Below, in pieces: positions 33,693 to 44,736 of a stretch of 64,000 nt of DNA. The notes below the pieces were generated by a model. That model saw nothing but the letters and a program-made list of their open reading frames with translations, did no database searches and was not told the DNA's origin. The translations under genes and the position numbers were made by a program. The DNA is from an uncultured Nitrososphaeraceae archaeon. Lineage in GTDB: Archaea; Thermoproteota; Nitrososphaeria; Nitrososphaerales; Nitrososphaeraceae. The stretch is from contig CAWGVG010000028.1 in the NCBI GenBank assembly GCA_963825865.1, positions 1 to 64,000 of the forward strand, given 5' to 3'. Position 1 is the stretch's first letter. Every line of letters begins with the position of its first letter.

Positions 33693-34410
33693 ATGAAACT
33701 TTTTTGCGTGGGATGTGGACCTGGCGATCCTGAATTTCTCACAATAAAGGCCGTAAATCTGATCAAAAATGCAGAGGTAATTTTCGCACCAACTGCAAGA
33801 GAAGGTAAACCTAGTATTGCTCTTTCAGTCGTAAAAAAATACTTGCATAAGTCAACCAAGACTATTAGATTTGATATTTCCAATGATAAAAGATACAGAA
33901 TCTTTAAAAAATTACTGGAAAACAAATGCGAACGAAATCGCCAATGCAGTAAATCAGGTAAAAGAGTAATCTATTTGACAATAGGCGATCCGTGCAATAT
34001 ATAGCACGTGGATATATGTTCACAGAGAGCTAAAAAAGAATCATAATGATATTGAAATAGATATAGTGCCTGGTGTTGCATCGTATATTTGCATTTGCTG
34101 CACAGGCAAAAATGAGTCTTGCAGAAGGAGACGAAACTCTAGCGATAGTTCCTGCTTGCTATAATTTGGATAGAGTCAAAAAAATTCAAATGTTGTGATA
34201 CAATTGTCTTTCTCAAGGATGGCAGATACTTCGATAGCATAATCAAAGCCTTGCTGACGTAGGCTTTGCAGACAGATTCGATGATTGCGATTGCCCAAGA
34301 CGTCAGCAGTGAAGGAGAAATAATGAAAATGAGCAAACTAAGCGATTTGCGTGGAAGTAAAAGGCCCAACAGAGAAATATTTCTCCATAATGGTAGCAAA
34401 GAAAAATTGG
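33693..34410 (+). CDS. cbiL: Cobalt-precorrin-2 C20-methyltransferase, frameshifted; end approximate
   Basis: VGCGPGDPEFLTIKA, LTIGDP, IVPGV, LAEGDETLAIVPA. Confidence 0.8.
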
Positions 34411-35189
34411 TTGAAGATAACACAGTTTATTTTGTAGGCTCTGGTCCTGGCGACCCTGAACTCATCACGATTAAAGCCAAAAGGATTTGTAGAAAAAGCA
34501 GACGTTATAATTTATTCCGGCTCGCTACTAAATCCAAAAATATTACAACATGCAAAAAAAGAAGTGGCCAGTTTTATGATGCTGCTGTCTTAGACAGGGA
34601 AAAATTTATCGATATTTTAAGAGACTCAACAAAATAAGGCAAAGTCGCCATTCGATTCCATGATGGAGATCCTGGACTTTTTAGCACTATTAGAGAGCAA
34701 ATTGACAAACTTGAAAAGGATGGATTACAATGTAAAGTAGTTCCAGGAATAACTGCAATACTTGGAGCGGCTTCTGCCATGAACTTGGAATTAACTCTTC
34801 CTGGTAATACTCAAACGCTAATTATAACACGAGCAGAGTTTAGGACTCCAGTACCAGAGAGAGAAAAAATTTCCGAACTTGCAAAGCATGGTGCCACAAT
34901 GGCTTTCTATCTAAGTGTTCATTTGATAGCAGATGTTGTAGAGGAACTTTTGAAAGGCGAAGTTTATACTAAAGAAACACCTACGGCAATTGTTTATAGA
35001 GCAACTTGGGAAGATCAAAAGATAATCAGAGGAACACTCGGTGATATTGTAAAGAAAACTAAAGAATCCAAGATAATTAAAACTGCCCTGATAATTGTCG
35101 GAGATACAATAGCGCCAAAAAAGTATGAATTTTCAAAAGTTTATGATGCTGGATTTACGCATGGATACAGAAGAGCAAAAATAAAGTAG
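34407..35189 (+). CDS. cbiF: Cobalt-precorrin-4 C11-methyltransferase, frameshifted
   Basis: VYFVGSGPGDPELIT, RFHDGDP, ELTLPGNTQTLIITR, YDAGFTHGYR. Confidence 0.88.
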
Positions 35190-35449
35190 AGCCATGGAAT
35201 TATTATCACTTATGTTTCAACCATGCCATTAGTATTTGTTTTCAGAATTAAACTGACGCTAAGGTATAAATTGATACCTGTTGAGCGAATTCGTTCAAAT
35301 GTCCGCATGAGTTGATGCGTAGATCTATATAAATAAGATCAACCTTCTTTTTTGGGCTTATGCGAGTCCAAATTTGCAAACTCCGTTAAAAACTTCCTCA
35401 ATTAAGTCAATTAGAATAGAATTTGGAATAATTAAAAAAATAATAAAAT

Positions 35450-35713
35450 TTACGCTGGACATCCTTCCATTTTCTGTATATAATAACCCTTTGTTGTGAT
35501 ATCTTTTTCAACCATAGGTGGCGCTTCTTGAATATGACAAAACTGGCACTCTTCCTGAGTCATTTTTTGCGTCTCTTGACCTGCACTTGCAAGGTACTCT
35601 TTGCCATACTGAATTGCCTTTTCATGTGGCGTAGTTGCTTCTACAATCACATCGAAATGCATAACCTTGCCATCTTTCTTCGCTACATAGGTATCATAAA
35701 CTGCACATTCCAT
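35450..35713 (-). CDS. DUF2024-family protein
   Basis: MECAVYDTYVAKKDGKVMHFDVIV...ECQFCH. Confidence 0.8.
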   Translation of the reverse strand: MECAVYDTYVAKKDGKVMHFDVIVEATTPHEKAIQYGKEYLASAGQETQKMTQEECQFCHIQEAPPMVEKDITTKGYYIQKMEGCPA

Positions 35714-35786
35714 ATCAATAATTTCTACCCTTGCTATATTTATTCTATGTCTTATGTTCTTTGAACAATACAAATTACATGAATTT

Positions 35787-36062
35787 TTAGGCAGTTATAA
35801 CGCGCACTTCGCTAGGAATTATAATAACTCTTTCTTCCCCTAAGCGAAAGATGGAATAATTATTATTTGTAGCTGAGCAATACAAGTCGGCCATCAATCT
35901 GTATCCAGTGTCTGGGTCCTTTTCCATCAGTGGCGTAATTCTTGCTATCAGGATCACTTGTTTTTCTCCCAAAATATAGTTTTTTAATTCTGATAATTGT
36001 GAATAATCATGAATAGAAATAGTTTTTAAACACAATTGACTTACAAGTGACTGTTCTTCCAC
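35787..36062 (-). CDS. SepF/DUF552-like protein
   Basis: VILIARITPL...IFRLGEERVIIIPSEVR. Confidence 0.75.
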   Translation of the reverse strand: MEEQSLVSQLCLKTISIHDYSQLSELKNYILGEKQVILIARITPLMEKDPDTGYRLMADLYCSATNNNYSIFRLGEERVIIIPSEVRVITA

Positions 36063-36622
36063 AGTTCTACAATTATCGATCTTATAGTAAAAGTTAACAA
36101 ATTACAGAATTAGACAAAAAAGTAAAATTGATCTAATTTATATAAGATCATTATTTGTCATAGATTGTAAATGCTGCATATATATGTCATGTATATAGAA
36201 GAATGAGAAAGATGGGTTTCCATTACAAGACATAGAATATTCTAAATCATCAGACTACCCAAAACTAGCAGTTATTAGAGTCAACAAAATTAGGTGATGG
36301 GATAAACAGTCAATTCTTATTATCTAAAACTTTGTTTTGACTTTATATTTTCATTTTTTTCTAGCTGTTTTATCTTTGTCTTTGCTGTGGTAGTGTTGCT
36401 GACACAAGCAAATCACCTTATTAGAATATTTGATCTCGATAAAAAAGATCAAAATAAGCAATTTAGTAGTAAAACAAAGCAGTCGAATAGGTCTGCGAAA
36501 AGAATACTTGGTATATCTTTCATACACCCAATAACACGTATTTCTAATTATTACTTTTATAATATACACATAGGATAAATCATAAATCCTTATATTCACA
36601 CTCATGTGATTTTTATGCGTTA

Positions 36623-37774
36623 ATGCAACTTTCTAGGGACGAAGAGAGTGCGCTCAAAGGAGAATATGGCGAAACTATTGCATCTGCATATAGAATTTTA
36701 CTTGCAATAGGCGAAGCTACCGAAGCAAAAAAACTAGTTCCTATAAAATGGGCCCATGTATCAGGCATAAATTACAATACTATTGGTAATGCAGGTGTTG
36801 AATTTCTTGAAAAGTTCAGCAGCGGTGCCAAGGTTTCAGTAAAAACTACAATAAATCCAATGGGTTTTGACAGAAATAAGCCCAATAAGTTGTCTGAAAA
36901 TTTTGTCAGACAACAGATGAGGATAGTAAAATCATACGAGATAATGGGTACAACTCCTTCATTTACGTGCATTCCATATGAGATATTTGATATTCCAAAA
37001 AAAGGGAGTGCCGTAAGTTTTGCAGAGAGTAATGCCGCAGTTTTTTCAAATTCAGTGTTGGGTTTATTAACAAACAAAGAAAGTGCACTCAGTGCGTTGG
37101 CTAGTGCAGTGACTGGAAAAGCACCATGTTCTGATCTTCGAGTAGAAGAATTCAGACATCCTAAAGTGGCAGTTAAGCCAGAATTCGAACTTGTATCAGA
37201 ATTGGATTATGGATTTCTTGGTTATTTTGCAGGAAAAGTAGTAAAGGACAACTGCGTTGCATTTGATGGTATTAAAGAAAAACCAGACATGATAAAGGTA
37301 AAATCTCTTTCAGCAGCCATTGGCACAACGGGGTTCTGTGGAATGTTTACATTGGAAGAATCTAATGAAGTAATTTCATTTGGCAAGGAAGAATTTAATG
37401 CAATTAAAGATGAGGTGAACACTGCTGATGATGGAAATTTCATTATCCTTGGGAGTCCTCAGCTTGGAATACGTGAGTTAAATTTACTTGCAGATTTACT
37501 TGAAGGTAAAAAGTTTTCAAAACATTGTATGATTTTCTGCGCGAGAGCAATTTATAACAGGGCTACACAGATTGGTTTGACTGATAAGATTGAAAGAGCA
37601 GGCTGCGAATTCATGTGTGATTCTTGCACTTGTCTTACTCCATTAGTTACTAGAAATGATGTTGATTCAGTAATTACAAATAGTATTAAGGGTGCTTACT
37701 ATCTTAATCATTCTAACAAAATAGGAGTCGCTCTCAGAGATTTCAAGACAATTGTGAAGGAGTATACGAATTAG
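36623..37774 (+). CDS. Aconitase X large subunit (phosphomevalonate dehydratase large subunit)
   Basis: AHVSGINYNTIG, TTINPMG, SFTCIPY, FAESNA, LGSPQL, DSCTC. Confidence 0.9.
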   Translation: MQLSRDEESALKGEYGETIASAYRILLAIGEATEAKKLVPIKWAHVSGINYNTIGNAGVEFLEKFSSGAKVSVKTTINPMGFDRNKPNKLSENFVRQQMRIVKSYEIMGTTPSFTCIPYEIFDIPKKGSAVSFAESNAAVFSNSVLGLLTNKESALSALASAVTGKAPCSDLRVEEFRHPKVAVKPEFELVSELDYGFLGYFAGKVVKDNCVAFDGIKEKPDMIKVKSLSAAIGTTGFCGMFTLEESNEVISFGKEEFNAIKDEVNTADDGNFIILGSPQLGIRELNLLADLLEGKKFSKHCMIFCARAIYNRATQIGLTDKIERAGCEFMCDSCTCLTPLVTRNDVDSVITNSIKGAYYLNHSNKIGVALRDFKTIVKEYTN

Positions 37775-38176
37775 TTGAGTTTGCAGATTAATTGTCGGAA
37801 AATCGTAGGAGGAAATGGTAAAGGGAAAGCACTTGTTACAAAACAGCCAATTAACTTTCTTGCAATGGTAGATACAAAACAAGGTGCTATCAACTATCGA
37901 AACCACGAATTGTTTGGCAAAGATATGAAAGATAGTGTTTTGGTCTTTCCAAACGCTGTAGGAAGCAGTGTCGGCGCATATACTATATACTCCTTGAAAT
38001 CAAATGGAGTAGCGCCTATAGCAATAGTATGCATTAACAAGGCGGACATAATAACAGCCTCTGGTTGTGCGATTTCAAACATTCCCTTTGTAGATATGTT
38101 AGATATATCAATATCTTCCTTAAAATCAGGATCGGAAATCAGCGTTGATGCAGATAATCAAATAATAATAATATAA
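37775..38176 (+). CDS. Aconitase X swiveling (DUF126) small subunit
   Basis: GKALVTKQPINF, VLVFPNAVGSSVGAY. Confidence 0.9.
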   Translation: MSLQINCRKIVGGNGKGKALVTKQPINFLAMVDTKQGAINYRNHELFGKDMKDSVLVFPNAVGSSVGAYTIYSLKSNGVAPIAIVCINKADIITASGCAISNIPFVDMLDISISSLKSGSEISVDADNQIIII

Positions 38177-38210
38177 ACAGTTTAATTTTGGAATATCAAG
38201 AATATTTTTA

Positions 38211-38295
38211 TCTCGGTGCACGGCATTTGATGGGCGAACCGACCGCCTCTTAGTAGCGGAATGACGATCAAAGTCCATGCACCGAGAAACTTTTT
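38211..38295 (+). ncRNA. Candidate K-turn-containing structured sRNA (H/ACA-like architecture)
   Basis: GC-rich island with 10-bp closing stem TCTCGGTGCA/TGCACCGAGA, inner TTTGAT/ATCAAA, GA-CCGC...GCGG-AAT-GA kink-turn and a downstream T-tract. Confidence 0.6.
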
Positions 38296-38495
38296 GGTAA
38301 CAGAAAGATTTTCTATAATTGATGTAGTATTTATAAAGAAATTCTGATAACTTTAGAACTACAATATGGCATATTTACACTTTTTCTATTGCGATGTATT
38401 ATGTGTGGGCTCCTAGTTCATAAGTTAGATCGATACTCAAAGTTGGTTAGCATAGTGAAAGGGTTTAATATCCTAATAATCGCATTGGTAATGAT

Positions 38496-38939
38496 TTGGA
38501 ACAAAAAGCATCTTCTGTTGAAGATATTATTAATGCATTAGCTGAACTTGAAAAAGATATGGATAATCTTAATTCTAAGGTGGAGGAAATGAGAAAACGT
38601 ATTATCGTTTATTCTGACGATGAAGTTGAAAAGTTGAAACAACAGATAATTACAATTGCTAACGAGGAGGCAAAAAAAATCGTCGATAGGGCAAAGACAG
38701 AAGCCGAAATTGAATCATCTATGATTGTTAAAGAAGCGGATAGACGCCTTGGAGATATTAAAAAAAATATAGATTCCGCGTCTTACAAGGCAGTAGACAG
38801 CATTGTCAGAATAATTCTGGGTGACACTATTACTTCTAATATACAACAAACGGTGCATGATGATGTTTCAAAAGATACTGAAGGGACTCTAAAGAAAATA
38901 AAGAAATATACTTCAGAAGGAAAGTCGGTAGAAGGTTAA
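38496..38939 (+). CDS. Coiled-coil protein, probable ATP synthase subunit H/G-like
   Basis: EEAKKIVDRAKTEAEIES peripheral-stalk-like repeats, C-terminal AVDSIVRIILG. Confidence 0.55.
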   Translation: MEQKASSVEDIINALAELEKDMDNLNSKVEEMRKRIIVYSDDEVEKLKQQIITIANEEAKKIVDRAKTEAEIESSMIVKEADRRLGDIKKNIDSASYKAVDSIVRIILGDTITSNIQQTVHDDVSKDTEGTLKKIKKYTSEGKSVEG

Positions 38940-39341
38940 ATCTTAAGTAAAAATTGTGCAAAGCAGGTCTGTTATGTGTTTGTTGAAAAGGAAAAGTATT
39001 ATTTAAAATATTTTTGGTAGTATGCTAGATTGCAGAGCCTGTCAATACACCTAAAAGATCGTCTAGCATTCGATGTATTATAACAGGTCGGTTCGAAGAA
39101 ACATTTCATTCCAGTACTACTAATTGAATAAAGTAACTTCATTTAATTTTAATACCATATAAATCTCTGTTGTTTGAGATGATTTAGTTTGTTGAAACGT
39201 TAAACGAAAAGTTGCACGCGATAGGAGTTATCAGTTCTTTAACATTTTGCTGATATGTATGTTCTAAAACTCGATAACTTTTTAGATTGTATCTAAGCAG
39301 TAATTGATCCACAAGGTTTAATAACAATTTTTGCTCAAACC

Positions 39342-40031
39342 TTGATTGATGAAACGCCCCTGATTAGGGAGCTTTTCCAGCATAGAGTCACTGTAGCTAC
39401 TGTTTATGGTCGTCCATATTATAAAATCATAAATGCACTAAAGTTGATGGATCTACGATTTGAGTCATTATCTCCAGAACAGGCAGCATCATCTAATGCC
39501 AAAATCATTATCACTACAAAGGATGAGGCAGAAATTGTCAGAAGAAAAGATGTTCTGCTAGATACTGAACTAGATAGGTATCCTGTCCTTATAAAAGCAA
39601 AAATTTTGCGTAATATTATGGGATCTTACCATGATGATCAACTTACAATAGGAATTGACCCCGGTACCAGAATAGGTATATCAATTATTTATCTTCATAA
39701 TGAGATCGATAGTTTCGTAGAATCTTCGCTTGACTCTACTATACAACTGGTATCTGTTTTGTTATCTGGAATAAGATCAAAAAAGAAGATTGTAAGAATT
39801 GGTGATGGCGATATTGCTATGGCAAAACAGATTGCAAGTATGACAAAAGCAAGGTTCAAGGATTTGGTTGATATTGAGATTGTAAATGAACATGGGACGT
39901 CTTTACCACAAAATACAGATACAAATAGGCGTGGAGCCAGAGATAGATCGTCAGCGAGAACCATTGCTCTTAGAAAGGGAAGAGCCTTCAATTCATCTTC
40001 TTTCGATAATGTTGATAGTCGCTATTATTAA
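39342..40031 (+). CDS. Conserved archaeal protein with RNase H-like (YqgF-like) domain
   Basis: LTIGIDPG, VRIGDG, VNEHGTS, D..SAR.IA.R.G. Confidence 0.7.
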   Translation: MIDETPLIRELFQHRVTVATVYGRPYYKIINALKLMDLRFESLSPEQAASSNAKIIITTKDEAEIVRRKDVLLDTELDRYPVLIKAKILRNIMGSYHDDQLTIGIDPGTRIGISIIYLHNEIDSFVESSLDSTIQLVSVLLSGIRSKKKIVRIGDGDIAMAKQIASMTKARFKDLVDIEIVNEHGTSLPQNTDTNRRGARDRSSARTIALRKGRAFNSSSFDNVDSRYY

Positions 40032-40237
40032 TTCTTGGGTCCTATCTTTTTACTGTAAGAGCGGTTAAGATGCGTATCTTATTGCCATGGTCAATGAAAC
40101 TTTTCGAGATTCTTTTGTTAGATATAATATGAATTTTAGTAAATTCATCATTTTATTAATAAAATATTTGTATAAATTTAAATAGTAATTATGATATAAT
40201 TAAACCAGGTAGCAGATTTTACGAAGGAAGGAAGTAA

Positions 40238-40483
40238 ATGACTTGTAAAGGTATATGTATACGTCACAAGGCACAAAAGCCAGTCGGTTCTGGACGCTAT
40301 GCTAGTGGACAGAAACGCTGCCAAATATGCGAGATATTCATAAAGTGGGATGGATTATGGTGCCCATGCTGTGGATATAGATTAAGAACAAAACCGCGCA
40401 ACTTAAAATATAAGGCTAAATTACGGGCAAGAAAGAAGAGACAAGAGTCTCGCGTTGCGAAGACTATTTCTGTTCGTATATAG
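40238..40483 (+). CDS. Small basic Zn-finger protein (Thaumarchaeota-type)
   Basis: CKGIC...RCQICEIF...CPCCGYRLRTKPR. Confidence 0.85.
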   Translation: MTCKGICIRHKAQKPVGSGRYASGQKRCQICEIFIKWDGLWCPCCGYRLRTKPRNLKYKAKLRARKKRQESRVAKTISVRI

Positions 40484-40498
40484 TGCTTATACATAGCA

Positions 40499-40894
40499 AT
40501 GCAAAATGAAGGATTCAAAGGGTTAGTTGTACGAACTGTAAGGTCGCCAAGTAGAAGAATTTTTATCATAAAATTTTTGTCCTTTCAAAATGGATGTTTT
40601 ATTGCACTAGCTGAAGGTTCTCATAAAATTGGTTCAATTTCTGTTTCCATAAGTTCTTCAAACAAAGTCAATACAGCCAAAGTGATTCCAAGCAAGTTCG
40701 ATTCTATGTTTGTTAACACTATCTCAGAAAGGGTATCTTCTATGATAAATGGTATTTGCCTAGTTTCTTTCCATAGCATAAAACAGTTGCAACTTGATGA
40801 TATGAAAGCAATTATGGGAGACATTATGAACCTAATAGAGGAGGAATATGATCAACATGGCAACGAAAAGGACCACAAAGCAGAATTCGAATAA
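40499..40894 (+). CDS. Conserved hypothetical protein
   Basis: 131-aa ORF in an operon with the UbiD gene. Confidence 0.7.
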   Translation: MQNEGFKGLVVRTVRSPSRRIFIIKFLSFQNGCFIALAEGSHKIGSISVSISSSNKVNTAKVIPSKFDSMFVNTISERVSSMINGICLVSFHSIKQLQLDDMKAIMGDIMNLIEEEYDQHGNEKDHKAEFE

Positions 40895-42239
40895 TAATAA
40901 TGATTTCCGGAGTTTCCTCCGTCTGTTAAGAAAAGAGAACGACCTTATAAGAATAAAGAAAGCTGTCAGCCCTGAATTTGAACTAGGAGCCGTTGTAAGC
41001 AAGCTTGACAGAAAGGAGGCCATATTATTTGAAAATGTCGAAGATAGTGAAATCAAAGTAGCATGTAACATTTTGGGGACCCGAAAAAGATTTTCTCTTG
41101 CAGTTGGTGCAAAGGAAGAGAATTTAATTCACTTGCGTGTTATGCAAGCCCTTTCAGATAAATTTGTACCAGAAAAATTCTCAGGCGACGCCCCATTTTA
41201 TGAAAATTCCTCAAAAGATTTAACTGATCTACCTGTTGTTACTCATTTCGAGAAAGATGCAGGTCCATATATTACATCCTCAATAGTTTTTGCAAAGGAC
41301 AATGAAAGAGGAAATCAAAATTCCTCCACACATCGGCTATTGCAGTTGGATGATAAGCACATGGCAATTAGAATGGTAGAGGGTAGACATCTTCACAAAT
41401 GCTACTCATTTGCAAAAGAGCACGGAGAAGATCTGAAGATTGCAATTGCAGTTGGTGTCCATCCGGCAATTAGCATAGCAACGGCATACCAGGCTGCATA
41501 TGGAGCTGATGAAATGTTAATTGCAAATTCATTACTTGATGGTGATCTTACACTTAACAAGAGCAAATATTCTCAATTGTATATTCCCACTCTTTCCGAG
41601 ATAGTTCTTGAGGGCAGAATTCTAAAAGATAGAACCGAAGAAGAATGGATGGTCGAGATGCTCCGAACTTATGATTTTAAGCGTAAACAACCTGTATTTG
41701 AATTAGATAGAATAAGATTTAGAAATAATGCAATTTTTCATGATATTTTGCCTGGTTTTGCAGAACATCGATTGTTAATGGGGTTGCCTGTTGAAGCAAA
41801 GATGTTTGAAGCAATCAAAAATACTGTTCCGGCTACAAAGGCAGTACATTTAACAGACGGCGGTAGTAATTGGTTAGATGCAATAATTCAAATTCATAAG
41901 CGTCTAGAAGGTGAACCGAAAAACGCTTTGATAGCAGCATTTGCATCTCATCCTTCACTTAAAATAGCGATCGTAGTTGATGACGATATAGATCTAATGG
42001 ATCCTGTTGCTGTAGAATATGCAATATCTACCAGATGTCAGGCAGATAGTGGATTCATGGTGGTTACCAATGTTAAAGGATCGAGCCTTGATCCATCAAG
42101 TGATCAACAGAATTTGCTTACAACAAAGGTAGGCATTGACGCAACAGCATCTCTTCTTAAATCCAAAGAGAGGTTCGAAATTGCAAAAATCCCTGGCGAA
42201 GAAAAAATTAAACTTTCAGATTATCTCTCTAATCAATAG
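40848..42239 (+). CDS. UbiD-family decarboxylase (probable anhydromevalonate phosphate decarboxylase)
   Basis: DAGPYIT, GRHL, EIVLEG, VDDDID, GSSLDPS, KVGIDAT. Confidence 0.9.
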   Translation: MINMATKRTTKQNSNNNNDFRSFLRLLRKENDLIRIKKAVSPEFELGAVVSKLDRKEAILFENVEDSEIKVACNILGTRKRFSLAVGAKEENLIHLRVMQALSDKFVPEKFSGDAPFYENSSKDLTDLPVVTHFEKDAGPYITSSIVFAKDNERGNQNSSTHRLLQLDDKHMAIRMVEGRHLHKCYSFAKEHGEDLKIAIAVGVHPAISIATAYQAAYGADEMLIANSLLDGDLTLNKSKYSQLYIPTLSEIVLEGRILKDRTEEEWMVEMLRTYDFKRKQPVFELDRIRFRNNAIFHDILPGFAEHRLLMGLPVEAKMFEAIKNTVPATKAVHLTDGGSNWLDAIIQIHKRLEGEPKNALIAAFASHPSLKIAIVVDDDIDLMDPVAVEYAISTRCQADSGFMVVTNVKGSSLDPSSDQQNLLTTKVGIDATASLLKSKERFEIAKIPGEEKIKLSDYLSNQ

Positions 42240-42585
42240 TAGTGAAGTCTCTATAAACCTTAAAGGTTGTTTACTATCAACTTCAGCATTGTTATGATAT
42301 CTATATATGTATATGTAATTTGCTCAACTATTCTTTTTAGTTTCAAATCTCACATCAAAAATTGCAACAATACAATGTGCATATGTTATTGCAATCGAAT
42401 CATAGAAACTAAATCAGTTTATATTTCTTGAAACATTTGAAGAGCATCTCATTTCAGTTAAAAATACATTATCATGGATCTATAGATAGTTCTTTGATAC
42501 TTAACGGGTTAAAAGATGATAATACATGTATTCATCTAGCAAAGATTCTAATGACAGAATCGTCAACCGAAGTCCTAACAGAACC

Positions 42586-43182
42586 TCAGATAGCTCGCAA
42601 TTCTGGTTTTGAAGAATAAATAAGGGCAAGAACAGGTTCTCGAAATTCTTTCTGTTGTAAAATCCCGCGATGAGCTAATGTTATTATTAAGCTGTTATTT
42701 CTAACACCACGCATTTTCATACACAGATGTTCGCCTTCAGCAACAATTATTACACCTTTTACTCCCATCCTCATTATTTCATCAGCTATTTCTTTTGTCA
42801 ACCTCTCTTGGATTTGTAATCGACGAGAGTATTTTTCAACAAGACGGACTAATTTTGATATTCCAAAAACTTTGCCAGACGGAATATATGCTATGTTTAT
42901 TTTTCCATAAAATGGAAGCATATGATGTTCACACATACTATAAAATTGGATATCTTTAGCAATGATTGCGTCGCTTTCTTCTGAGAAACTTACATCAAGT
43001 CGAGCATTCATCCTATAACCACCAAAAATTTCCTCATACATTTCAGCCATGCGATTTGGAGTGCCAATCAAACCTTCTCGATCGGGGTTTTCTCCTAGCT
43101 CTATCAAAAGCTGTCTTAGCAATTTTTCGATCTTTTTCTTATTTATGATATTTTTTTTTATTTTCACTTCTTGTTGGGTCAT
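42586..43182 (-). CDS. folE: GTP cyclohydrolase I
   Basis: SMCEHHMLPF, RRLQIQERLT, HLCMKMRGV. Confidence 0.97.
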   Translation of the reverse strand: MTQQEVKIKKNIINKKKIEKLLRQLLIELGENPDREGLIGTPNRMAEMYEEIFGGYRMNARLDVSFSEESDAIIAKDIQFYSMCEHHMLPFYGKINIAYIPSGKVFGISKLVRLVEKYSRRLQIQERLTKEIADEIMRMGVKGVIIVAEGEHLCMKMRGVRNNSLIITLAHRGILQQKEFREPVLALIYSSKPELRAI

Positions 43183-43190
43183 TTTTATTT

Positions 43191-43922
43191 TTATCTGGCT
43201 CCTATTACTTTATGTAATTGAGGAATTATCCTTACCTCTTGATATAACGGATAAACTATATCATAAAATTCGAAAAGCCTTTCCACGGTTGGCTCATCCA
43301 TTCCATAACTCGGCTGTATTATAAATCCTGCTATATCTGCAGTCTTTATATCTTTAAAGATATTTTTCATTAGACGTTTGAACTCTTTGAGGTTAGTTGA
43401 GTTCGTTACTACTACTTTGATATATGTAATTTTGTGATTCCTGATAGATATCTCAAGACATTCAATTTCATTGCGTAACAAGTTGTGATAATACTTGTCG
43501 TCAACGACTTTGGAATCACTCATCTTTAATTCCACTTTACAAATATCAATATATGGTAGAATCCTTTCAAACCTCGAAGAATCAAAACATGCTGATTCTA
43601 TATATGTCCTTAGACCTTTTTCTTCCTTGACAAATTTGGCAAGTTCAATAACTGCCTCATATTGTAAGAGAGGCTCACCTCCAGTAAAGTTAACCTTGTA
43701 TGTATTGGGTTTGAGATATTTTGCTATTAGTTTCTTTGCATAATCAACAGAGTAATCATTTCCACTGTCCATTGGTAAGGCGTACGTAGTATCACACCAG
43801 ACACATTTCAGATGACAGCCGGCCATTCTCACAAACAGTGTTTTTGTACCAAACAGAATACCTTCACCTTCAATACTAGTGAATATTTCACTCAATTGTA
43901 TCCTATTGGCCATTTTTTGCAT
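43191..43922 (-). CDS. queE: 7-carboxy-7-deazaguanine synthase (radical SAM)
   Basis: EIFTSIEGEG, GCHLKCVWCDT, TGGEPL, PQLHK. Confidence 0.95.
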   Translation of the reverse strand: MQKMANRIQLSEIFTSIEGEGILFGTKTLFVRMAGCHLKCVWCDTTYALPMDSGNDYSVDYAKKLIAKYLKPNTYKVNFTGGEPLLQYEAVIELAKFVKEEKGLRTYIESACFDSSRFERILPYIDICKVELKMSDSKVVDDKYYHNLLRNEIECLEISIRNHKITYIKVVVTNSTNLKEFKRLMKNIFKDIKTADIAGFIIQPSYGMDEPTVERLFEFYDIVYPLYQEVRIIPQLHKVIGAR

Positions 43923-44647
43923 AACGCGTTTTATCCTTTATACCTGTCTTGCTAATTGCAATCTTCCTATTTATACACGATTCGCATATTCCACAGTGCA
44001 AAATATTTCTATTTTTATTTCTTGTGCCATTGGAATAACAGCTCCATGTTTTGAAAATTTTATCTCCCAAAATTTTATATCCAATAGTCAACAATTCTGA
44101 TTTATCCATACCATCTACTGCGGGAGACCACACAGTGATTTTTTCTCTCAAGCCTGATCTAATTCCATCTGCTTCTGCCAGATTTAGCGTCTTGGTTATT
44201 GATTTTATAAATTCCGGACGACAATCAGGATAATGAATGTCATTAGTGTGTGCACCATATGCCACCATTTTAGCATTGATGCTCATGGCCCATGCTGTTG
44301 CGATAGTGATGAAAATTGCATTTCTGATGGGGACTACAATGCTATAATCAAAACTCTTACTTAAGTGCAGTTTGCTGTTTGTGAGCGAATTTGTATTACC
44401 ATATAGTTCTTTCATAAAGTTAATATCGACGACTCGATGATCCTTTACATTCAAAATTTTGGCAAACTGCTTTGCCTGTTGAATTTCTAATTTTGCCCGC
44501 TGTCCATAAAAAAAGGTTATCATATAAAGGTCGTATTCTTTTTCTCCTGTTAAATAAGCAGCAGGTACAGATAGAGTCAAGACCTCCACTTACAATACAG
44601 ACTACTGGTCCTTCTTCAGACGATTGGTTGTTATTATTTGGCAACAA
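43903..44647 (-). CDS. queC: 7-cyano-7-deazaguanine synthase (frameshift near 44570)
   Basis: SGGLDS, VPIRNAIF, YPDCRPEF, TWSCY...HCGICESC. Confidence 0.93.
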
Positions 44648-44736
44648 TATCGAAGTAAATATTGTTATTGATTCAGCTTTATCTAAATCTGACGGGAAGA
44701 TTCGTGCGTACTCAGATGCACATGTAGTGCACTAAC

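Noticed and set aside
38211-38287. 5S rRNA or tRNA
   Set aside because: Too short for 5S; no T-loop or cloverleaf.
42586-44647. folE-queE-queC as a 7-deazaguanine DNA-modification (dpd) island
   Set aside because: No dpdA or other dpd genes and a housekeeping context; best explained by archaeosine biosynthesis.
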